29,996 nt of DNA from Octopus sinensis. Lineage: Eukaryota. The stretch spans positions 1 through 29,996 of the forward strand of contig NW_021834065.1 in the NCBI RefSeq assembly GCF_006345805.1. Direction: 5' to 3'. The position numbers and the translations under genes were made by a program. Positions 1 to 9,660 of this stretch are shown piece by piece; position 1 is the first letter of the stretch; each line of letters opens with the position of its first letter. The notes below the pieces were generated by a model. That model saw only the letters and a program-made list of their open reading frames with translations. It was not told the DNA's origin and made no database searches.

Positions 1-501
1 GTTTTTTATAACAAAAATTATTATTATCTATTTCTTTAAAAATATTGTTTAAAGATATTTGCTTATTTATTTAACTATTATCATTAACCTGAAGATTGAT
101 TATAACCATAATTCGAATTTTATTTGAATTTAAATTATTGTAATTCGAATTAGGTTATGGTCACAAAACGTACGTAGTGGTTTTACTTATCTTATATTAA
201 ACATTTTAACACTTTTTGATAGTTATATATATTTAAAAAAAGTTTAAAAATTAAAAAATTAAAAACATTTATTAATTTAAATTTTAAAAATATTTAAAAG
301 ATATAAAAAATTATAAATATAAATTAATAATTTTAATTTAAATAATTTAAATTTTAAATTTTATTTTCTATATATTATGTATATTATATTAATTATATTT
401 ATTTTTATGTTTTGGTTTATGTTTTTCTCTGTTTGATTTGCCTAATAGTGGTTTTATCTCTAATTTATTTTATATATATATATATTATATATATATATAT
501 A

Positions 502-865
502 CTCTCTCTTTTACTCTCTCTTTTACTTGTTTCAGTCATTTGACTGCGGCCATGCTGGAGCACCGCCTTTAATCGAGCAACTCGACCCCGGGACTCATCT
601 TTTGTAAGCCCAGTACTTATCTATCGGTCTCTTTTGCCGAACCGCTAAGTAACGGGGACATAAACACACCAGCATCGGTTGTCAAGCAATGCTAGGGGAC
701 AAACACACTCACACAAACACACACACGCATCTATATATACATTATAATACGACGGGCTTCTTTCAGTTTCCGTCTACCAAATCTACTCACAAGGCTTTGG
801 TTGGCCCGAGGCTATAGTAGAAGACCAGTTACCCAAGGTGCCATGCAGTGGGACTGAACCCGGAA
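502..865 (-). mobile_element. tRNA-derived CORE-type SINE (octopus-type), 5'-truncated
   Basis: The reverse complement reads GGTTCAGTCCC (B-box-like), then ACCTTGGG..GTCTTCTACTATAGCC (CORE-like), an internal CA/TA microsatellite, a 3' domain and a (AGTAAAAGAG)n-like tail. It aligns by eye with the fuller copy at 17304-17750. Confidence 0.85.
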
Positions 866-930
866 TATATATATTATATATACGTATATATATGTGTGTG
901 TATATATATATATACATATGTGTGTGCGTG

Positions 931-965
<35 letters not shown>

Positions 966-968
<3 letters not shown>

Positions 969-1664
969 TTGGTCAAATGCTTCTTTTGGCTGTCTCCACA
1001 TGTATACTCGGCCGGTAGTCGGAAATAAGTAACGTCCGAGAAAATAACATTCTTTCACTGTTCCAGGGACCCATTCTGTAGGTTTTTACTCCACTCTAAA
1101 TGCTGTGCAACGTTTGTTTTTGAAAGTCGTGGTTGTCTGATTGCAGCCCACCCGTGAAATCCTTCTTTGTGTAGCTCCCGGCAAACAGTTTTTTGTGAAA
1201 ACTGGGTTCTCAATGTTGTCATTAAGCTCTGCAGCAATTTTGAGAGCTGTACTTTGGTAAACCTTTCTAACAATTCGCTTAAGAGTCCGACGGTTCCTAT
1301 CTGGAAGTTTTGATTTTCTTCCTGAGTTTTGTTTCGACGAGGAGGCTTTTCCTTCTTTCTGAAAAGCTGTCATTACTTTCGAGACAGTACTTCTTGATAC
1401 ACCAAACATTTCGGCTGTTTTCGTTACGCTAGCGCCTGCCAGACGAGCACCAACAATTTGACTGTTTTGAAAGTCCGATAGATCTGTCATTTTAATGAAT
1501 TCAATTACCTTTTTTTGATGTCTGAAAAGAACCAGCAATTTTAGCAAAACATATTAAGCAGCACCAATAATAAACCAAAAAACAAAAATAAACCAGCTTT
1601 TGACAGTTTTATAGATATTTCAAAATTTTGATTCTAGGTGTTCCATTATTTTGCCCAACTCGTG
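966..1664 (-). pseudogene. Tc1/mariner transposon 5' half: TIR plus N-terminal transposase, decayed
   Basis: Terminus TA|CACGAGTTGGGCAAAATAATGGAACACC at 1664. ATG at 1490 gives MTDLSDFQNSQIVGARLAGASVTKTAEMFGVSRSTVSKVM (paired-like HTH). There is a +1 frameshift in an A-run near 1192, a W>stop at 1055-1057, the first catalytic motif VIFSD, then GRVYMWRQPKEAFD. Confidence 0.92.
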
Positions 1665-1742
1665 TATATGTATATATGCATGTATGTAAGAGAGATTTTT
1701 TTGCATACTCACTCATAGATAAGAGAGTTTTTTATAGATAGA

Positions 1743-1786
<44 letters not shown>

Positions 1787-1901
1787 CGTAAAGTATACCT
1801 CTCGATCAGAGATTTAACATATCAAAAGGACGTTATAATACTATTCCACAGCCTATAACAATCCAGCATACCACCGTCATCAGCTGCACCACGGATATCA
1901 T

Positions 1902-1954
<53 letters not shown>

Positions 1955-1959
1955 CCAAA

Positions 1960-2080
1960 TTTACAGAAAAAAAGAGGAACAGAGGTGAAGGAACAACAAG
2001 TAGGTGTATTAGTTTAACGCTCGGGAAGAATGGAAAAGTCTTTGACGTTTCGAGCCTATGCTCTTCAATACAAAGGATTA
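1960..2080 (-). mobile_element. Short interspersed repeat with degenerate minimal-hammerhead (Penelope-like pLTR) architecture, copy 1
   Basis: Homologous by eye to 4561-4690. The minus strand has CTTT-gtattga-a-GAGC-atag-GCTC-GAAAC-GTC-AAAG. The Penelope assignment is inference. Confidence 0.5.
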
Positions 2081-2357
2081 TATATAATAATAATTATTAT
2101 TTGAGGGAATAAAATCCAAACTTACAAGGAAAAAGATTTCAATTTAGAAATACTAAATCAAATTCTACACAATATAATATATATAAAATATTAGAAAAAA
2201 ATACCTTTTATCAATTCAAAATGAATAATTAAATTACACCATCTAGAAAATTACATATAATAGAAAAGTTAAAATTAAAATAACAATTAAAAAGTAAAGA
2301 TTAAGTAAATTACAAGAATAATGTAATGTATATAATAGGTATAATGTATATAAGATA

Positions 2358-2395
<38 letters not shown>

Positions 2396-2566
2396 TATGT
2401 ATATATATATATATAATGTATATATAATGTATATATATACATATATATATGTATGTATATATAAATATATAATATATATATAGATATATATATATATGCA
2501 TATATGTATAGATCTATATATGTATAAACATGTACATATGGATATATAGATATATATGTATATATG

Positions 2567-2610
<44 letters not shown>

Positions 2611-2962
2611 CGAGCAAAACGCCCCCCGTTCCATGGACGGTGCTGAGTTGTCAAACATTTATACCACATTTTCTGAAAACAATTTGTCCAACTGTCCCAT
2701 TGGCCTCCCTTTTGAGAAACATTGATTTAACCTAAATTTGAGACACCAGCAAAAAAAGAAATAAAGATAGACTATTTTTCTATTCCAAAGAATGCTTTAT
2801 CGAGCGAATTCTCACCTGGAATCGACTTTTGTAATTTTTTGAAAACTTATACACGCCCGAATACCGTAGGTATCTACATATCAAATTTGAGTGCAATCGG
2901 ATGGAGGATACCCGAGATCCTAGAAGACACACACACAGACAGAACGGATTTTATATAATAGA
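2611..2962 (-). mobile_element. Non-autonomous Helitron-like element
   Basis: The minus strand begins A|TCTATTATATAAAA followed by a CTGT/GT microsatellite. It ends with a CCGT-CCATGGA-ACGG hairpin and CTCG|T (CTRR-like), so it sits between A and T with no TSD. Confidence 0.65.
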
Positions 2963-3177
2963 TAATTGATAATACATATATTTATGTATATATGTATATA
3001 TATGTATATATATATATATATATATTTGAGTAATTGAATGAATTATCTTATTAGGTAATTCGAAAGATAACCGATACCGGGTAGCAAATTCACATCAGAA
3101 AGAACACGGTTGAAGCTACGTCCTAGGGCATAGACTACGTGTCTTCGTGCGGAAATTTGTATGTTATTTTAAAATTT

Positions 3178-3282
3178 TAAGTATATGAAGAATGGAGTTG
3201 AACGACTAGTTAAATATCCTTTAGGATATATCCTAAAAGATATTTGTTAACTAGTCGTTAATTCCATTCTTTCATATACTTA
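3178..3282. repeat. ~105-bp near-perfect palindrome, MITE-like
   Basis: Arms taagtatatgaagaatggagttgaacgactagttaa..atatcctttaggata and their reverse complement, centred on GGATATATCC with no loop. It has TA at both ends. Confidence 0.85.
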
Positions 3283-3307
3283 TATCTATATATATATCTA
3301 TTATATA

Positions 3308-3353
<46 letters not shown>

Positions 3354-3363
3354 TATATATATG

Positions 3364-3407
<44 letters not shown>

Positions 3408-3663
3408 CGTGCACACGCGCAAGTGTGTGTGCATCTATATATGTATGTATTGTACTTAATGCAAATACGTTGCAAAAGGCAAATTTTCTGCGGAATTCAT
3501 CCGGAGATATTTCTTACGGTCGTGTTGAATTTTAAAGCACAATAAATACCGAAAGGAAATCGAAATTGACATAGCAGCGGCTAGTAAGAATGCTACATGT
3601 TTTTCTGTGGTTACCTGTGAGTACAGAAATACATCGAGACAGAAATACATCTAGCATCCTCAG

Positions 3664-4188
3664 CAGTTGTTGTTAGGACAGTTACATGGAGAAGGATCTG
3701 TGATGATCTGGCGGGGGGCTATATCTCGGAAATCCGCTGGCCCAATGGTTTCCCTTCATGGCAGAATTAATAGTCAAGACTATTTAAGCATTTTATCTGA
3801 TCAAATTCATCCTATGTTTGCAGAACTGTTCCCGGAGGGAAACGCAATCTTTCAGGATGATAATGCACCAATTCACACTGCTAAAGTTATTACTGAATGG
3901 CACGAGGAACATTCTAGTGAAGTTGAACATCTTATCTGGCCACGGCAGTCCCCAGATCTCAATATTATTGAACATTTACGGAGTATTTTAGAAAAACAAG
4001 TAAAGAGTCGATATCTTCCACCATCATCACTACAAGAACTGGAAAGTGTTTTAGCTGAAGAATGGGCAGAAATTCCTTCAGAAAGAATTCAAACTTTGTA
4101 CGAGTCCATACCTCATAGAATTCAAGTTATAATTGCTGCCAAAGGCGGTCCTATCTCTTATCAAAATAAATTTGTTTGAAATTTTAAG
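3664..4188 (+). pseudogene. Tc1/mariner transposon 3' half (catalytic domain, DD36E spacing)
   Basis: HGEGSVMIW...FQDDNAPIH...WPRQSPDLNIIEHL...AKGGPISY. There are 36 residues between D(N) and E. The 3' TIR is absent. Confidence 0.93.
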
Positions 4189-4379
4189 TTTCTTAAATAT
4201 ATACTTACATGCATATACATACAAAACTACCCATATATACTGTTGTGTCTGGGGAGAGTCATTTTCTTTTTGTTCCTTATAATATAACACACTCACCGGT
4301 AAAATTTCCACATTTTCTTATTTTTATTTTCTAAAATTTTCGTTACGTCTTGCAAACAAAATCCAAAAACGAAATACCC

Positions 4380-4430
<51 letters not shown>

Positions 4431-4533
4431 TATGTTTGTGGAACTTTTCCGGAGGGAAACGCAATCTTTCAGGATGATAATGCACCAATTCACACAGTTA
4501 AAGTTGTTAATGAATGGCACGAGGAACATTCTA
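4431..4533 (+). mobile_element. Second fragment of the same Tc1 family
   Basis: Diverged copy of 3813-3915 (FPEGNAIFQDDNAPIHTVKVVNEWHEEHS). Confidence 0.85.
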
Positions 4534-4560
4534 AGCCAATATACATTCTATATTTTCTCT

Positions 4561-4690
4561 CCTTGTTTCTTGTGTGTAAGAGCGTAGGCTCGAAACGTTA
4601 AAGATTTTTTCACTTCCTGAGCGTTATACTAATACATCTGCATGTAGTCAACACCACCTGTCTTCGTCTTTGTTTTTCTGAATTCTCCCC
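4561..4690 (+). mobile_element. Short interspersed repeat with degenerate minimal-hammerhead architecture, copy 2
   Basis: aa-GAGC-gtag-GCTC-GAAAC-GTT-AAAG followed by gagcgttatactaatac, shared with copy 1 in inverted orientation. Confidence 0.5.
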
Positions 4691-4707
4691 CCTCCTTATA
4701 TATATAT

Positions 4708-4752
<45 letters not shown>

Positions 4753-4922
4753 GTGTCCGCCAGAGGACCATCATGGTTTACTTATCTCTGGTACTGAATG
4801 TTCTTAGGATCCATCCAGCCAGTCGTCTGCACTTTGTCGCCATCCTTGAAATGTGCACTTGGAAACAGGTATCCACATTCATGTCGATACCCAGGTCCCT
4901 CACAGACTTAGGCTCTGGGATA
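4753..4922 (-). mobile_element. CR1-clade LINE ORF2 fragment (region just C-terminal to the RT core)
   Basis: Translates to [49 protein letters not shown], matching the CR1 RDLG..F..HI..GWILRTF.TRD pattern. It has an in-frame stop. Confidence 0.8.
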
Positions 4923-4937
4923 TACATATATATATAA

Positions 4938-4971
<34 letters not shown>

Positions 4972-5130
4972 ATATATATACATGTATATATATACATATA
5001 TATACGTAAATGTATATATATATACATATATATACAAATATATATACATGTATATATACATGTATATATACATATATATATACACATATATATTTATACA
5101 TCTATATATATATATAAATGTATATATATA

Positions 5131-5656
5131 TATTCAACTATCAAATCCTGTGAGACTAACTATACTTCTTTAACTTAGTTGCTCTACCAACCCACACCTC
5201 CTGCCTCTCCACCTTCAATTACTCTCTCTCTCTCTCTCTTTATCACTCCTTATATAGTGTCAGTGGAAATGGTTTTCAACAACCACCACCTCTACTACTT
5301 CAACTAATACTAATACTTCTAATCCCACTACTACTGTTCGTTACAATGTTTGTTGTTCGTTTATCATTGGAACATAACTAAGAAAAAAAGGATTTCAAAT
5401 GTTTATTTAAGTAATAATAAAACAGATCAAAAACTATAATCTTGTTCTTGTTTTTCTTTTTCGATTTCCCCCTCTATCTCTCTCTCTCTCTCCCTCTCTT
5501 ACTCTCTCTCCCTCTCTTACTCTCTCTCCCTCTCTTACTCTCTCTCCCTATCTTACTCTCTCTCCCCCTCTCTCTCTCTCTCTCTCTCTCTCTTTATCTC
5601 TCACTCACTCTTACATTACTTACTTTGATTCATCCTTCTTTCCTATTTTTTAAAAT
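5131..5656 (+). repeat. Unclassified interspersed repeat, copy A (TA-microsatellite / core / CT-microsatellite)
   Basis: Aligns with the reverse complement of 18007-18443, e.g. gttacaatgtttgttgttcgtttatcatt and ggaacataactaagaaaaaaaggatttcaaatgtttatttaagta. Confidence 0.85.
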
Positions 5657-5790
5657 AGGAGAGTTTATGCACAAATTTTACGGAAAATTCTTCAGGAGTT
5701 TTTGTGGAAAATTTTTGGGGAAAATATTCAAATATTTACGGAAAAAATTTTGAAAAATTTTTCGGTAAAACTTTCAAAAACATTGCCTAA

Positions 5791-5911
5791 GATTGCCGGA
5801 GATTGCCGGAAATTGCCGGATATTGCCGGAAACTGCCGGAGATTACCGGGAATTCCCGGAAATTACCGGAAATTGGCGGAAATTGACGGAGATTACCAGA
5901 GTTATCCGGAG
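5791..5911. repeat. 10-bp GC-rich core 1 (~12 units, GATTGCCGGA/AATTGCCGGA)
   Basis: Direct reading of tandem units. Confidence 0.95.
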
Positions 5912-6434
5912 TTTTCAAAAATATTTGGGGAAAATTTTGAAAAAATTTTTAAAAATTGTCATGAAAAATTTTCAAAAATATTACGGGAAACTTTTCAAAA
6001 AATTTTGGAGCAAAAATTTGGAAAAGTTTTTAGGGAAAAATTTCAAGAATATTTGGGAAAAATTTTCAAATATTTTTGGGAAAATTTCCAAAAATTGTTG
6101 GGAGAAATTTTCAAAATTTTTCACCAAATTTACAAAAAGTTTTTCTAAAATTTTGGGGAAAAATTTTCAAAAATTTTTAGGGAAATTTTCAAACATTTTT
6201 GAGGGAAATTCTCAAAAGTTTTTGGGAAAATTTTCAAAAGTTTTTGAAGAAAATTTGCAAAAATTGTTGGGGAAAATTTTGAAAAATATTTGGGGAACCT
6301 TTACAAAAATTTTGGAGCAATTTTTTCAAAAATTTTTGGGGAAAATTTTCAAATATTTTTAGTGAAAATTTTCAGTTTTTGGGAAAGATTTTGAAAAATT
6401 TTTCGGTAAAAATTTCAAAGATTTTTCAAATAAA

Positions 6435-6905
6435 GATTGCCGGAAATTGCCGAAGATTGACGGGAATTGCCGGAAATTAACGGACATTGGCGGAAATTAC
6501 CGGAGATTGCCGGAAACTGACGGAGATTGCCGGAAACTGCCGGAGATTGGCGGAAATTAACGGAGTTTGGCGGAAACTGGCGGAGTTTTCCGGAAACTGC
6601 CGGAGATTGTCGAGAATGGCCGGAAATTACCGGAGATTGCCGGAAACTGCCGCAGATTGCCAGAAACTGCTGGAGATTGGCGGAAATTGTCGGAAACTGC
6701 CGGAGATTGCCGGGAATGGCCGAAAATTACCGGAGATTGCCGGAAATTACCGGAGAATGCCGGAAATTAACGGAGTTTAGCGGAAACTAGCGGAGATTGC
6801 CGGAAACTGCCGGAGATTGTCGGAAATCAACGGAGTTTGGCGGAAATTACGGGAGATTGGCGGAAATTGCCGGAGATTACCAGAGATTTTCGGAGTTATC
6901 CGGAG
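6435..6905. repeat. 10-bp GC-rich core 2 (~47 units)
   Basis: Direct reading. GGAGA/GGAAA units alternate, giving a 20-bp sub-period. Confidence 0.95.
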
Positions 6906-9153
6906 CTTTCAAAAATATTTGGGGAGAATTTTCAAAAAATTGTTAGGCAAAATTTTCAAATATTTTAGAGCAATCCTCATAAATTATTGAAAATTTTTAC
7001 CAAAAATTTTTGTTAATTTTCTCAATAATTTTCAAATATTTTGAAAATTTTTCTCTAATATTTTCTAAAAATTTTTGAAATTTTCCCCTAAAATTTTTTC
7101 GTCACAAATTGTTGAAAATTTTTCCCAAAAATTTTTGGAAAATATCTTGAAAATTCTTCTCAAAAATTTTTGAAAATTTTATCTAAAAATTTTTGAAAAT
7201 TTTCCCCTCAATTTTCTTCAAAATTTTCCTCAAACATTTTTTGAAACTTTCCAAAAGTTTTTGAAATTTTCCCCAAAATTTTTGGAAAATTTTCCTCATA
7301 AATTTTTGAAAATTTTTACCAAAAATTTTTGAATAATTTTCTCACTACTTTTGAAAATTTTAGAGAAACTTTCCTGAAGAATTTTTTAAAATTTTTTTCC
7401 AAAAATTTTATAAAAATTTTTTGAAAATTTATCCCACAAATTTTTGAAAATTTTTCCCTAAAATATTTGAAAAATATTTTGAAAATATATCTCAAAAATT
7501 TTTGAAAATTTTTCGTAAAAGTTTATGAAAATTTTCTTCAAAAGCTTTTGAAAATTTTCCCCAAAATTTTTGGAAACTTTTCTCAAAATTTTTTTAAATT
7601 TTTGCCATAAATTTCGGAAAAATTTTTTGAAAATTTTTCCCAAACATTTTTGAAAAATATTTTGAAAATTTATCTCAAATTTTTGAAAATTTTTCCTAAA
7701 AGTTTATGAAAATTTTCTTCAAAAGCTTTGAAAATTTTCCCCAAAAATATTTGAAAAATTTTGTTTCCCAAAAATTTTTGAAAAATTTTTTGAAACTTTT
7801 CCTAAAACTTTTGAGAAATTTTTGAAAATTTTCCTCAGAAATTTTTGAAAATTTTTCCAAAAACTTTTGAAAATTTTCAAAAATATTTTGAAAATTTTAA
7901 AAATATTTTGAAAATTTTTCTCAAAAATTTTTGAAAATTTTTATAAAAATTTTTGAAAATTTTACCCTAAAATTTTTTGAAAATTTTCCTCAAAAATTTT
8001 TGAAATTTCCCAAAAGTTTTTGAAAAATTGTTTTCCCCAAAATTTTTGTAAAATTTTCCTCATAAATTTTTGAAAATTTTTACCAAAAAGTTTTGAATAA
8101 TTTTTTCACTAATTTTGAAAATTTTTCCAAAAGTTTTTGAAAAATTTTTGGAAAATTTTCCATAAAAACTTTAGACAAACTTTCCTCAAAAATTTTTTTT
8201 AATTTTTCCAAAAAAATTTTTTTTATTTTTTTGAAAATTTATCCCACAAATTTTTGAAAACTTTCCCCCAAAACGTTAGATAAATTTTTGAAAAATTTTT
8301 GAAATTTTCCTCCAAAATTTTTGAAAACTTTCCCCCAAAATTTTAGATAAAATTTTGAAAATTTTCACCAAAATTTTTGTAAAATTTTCCTCATAAATTA
8401 TTGAAAATTTTTACCAAAAATTTTTGAATACTTTTTTCACTAATTTTGAAAAGTTTTCCAAAAGTTTTTGAAAAATTTTTGGAAAATTTTCCATAAAAAC
8501 TTTAGACAAACTTTCCTCAAAAATTTTTTTTAATTTTTCCTAAAAATTTTTCTTCAAAAGCTGTGGAAAATTTTCCCCAAAATTTTTGAAAAATATTTTG
8601 ATAATTTTTGCTAAAAATTTTTGAAAAAATTTTTAAAAATTGTCATGAAAAATTTTCAAAAATATTACGGGAAACTTTTCAAAAAATTTTGGAGCAAAAA
8701 TTTGGAAAAGTTTTTAGGGAAAATTTCAAGAATATTTGGGAAAATTTTCAAATATTTTTGGAAAATTTCCAAAAATTGTTGGGGAAAATTTTGAAAAATT
8801 TTCCCCAAAATTTTTGAAAAAATTTTTAAAAATATTTTGAAAATTTTTCCAAAAACTTTTGAAAATTTTCAAAAAATTTTTGGGAAAAATTTTCAAAAGT
8901 TTTTGAAGAAAATTTGCAAAAAATTGTTGGGGAAAATTTTGAAAAAATTTTTAAAAATATTTTGAAAATTTTAAAAATATTTTGAAAATTTTAAAAATAT
9001 TTTGAAAATTTTTCCAAAAGTTTTTGAAAATTTTCAAAAAATTTTTAGGGAAATTTTCAAACATTTTTGAGGGAAATTCTCAAAAGTTTTTGGGAAAATT
9101 TTCAAATATTTTGAAAATTTTTCGGTAAAAATTTCAAAGATTTTTCAAATAAA

Positions 9154-9660
9154 GATTGCCGGAAATTGCCGAAGATTGACGGGAATTGCCGGAAATTAAC
9201 GGACATTGGCGGAATTACCGGAGATTGCCGGAAACTGACGGAGATTGCCGGAAACTGCCGGAGATTGCGGAAATTAACGGAGTTTGGCGGAAACTGGCGG
9301 AGTTTTCCGGAAACTGCCGGAGATTGTCGAGAATGGCCGGAAATTACCGGAGATTGCCGGAAACTGCCGCAGATTGCCAGAAACTGCTGGAGATTGGCGG
9401 AAATTGTCGGAACTGCCGGAGATTGCCGGGAATGGCCGAAAATTACCGGAGATTGCCGGAAATTACCGGAGAATGCCGGAAATTAACGGAGTTTAGCGGA
9501 AACTAGCGGAGATTGCCGGAAATTGCGGATATTGCCGGAAACTGCCGGAGATTGCCGGAAATTACCGGAGAATGCCGGAAATTAACGGAGTTTGGCGGAA
9601 ATTACGGGAGATTGGCGGAAATTGCCGGAGATTACCAGAGATTTTCGGAGTTATCCGGAG
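9154..9660. repeat. 10-bp GC-rich core 3 (duplicate of core 2)
   Basis: Same order of variant units as core 2, with three 1-bp deletions and extra units near 9510-9570. Confidence 0.95.

Noticed and set aside
1-480. Possible NUMT or control region, with a 17-bp inverted repeat at 102-158
   Set aside because: No tRNA, rRNA or mitochondrial ORF is recognisable. The inverted repeat is largely the self-complementary AATTCGAATT in very AT-rich DNA.
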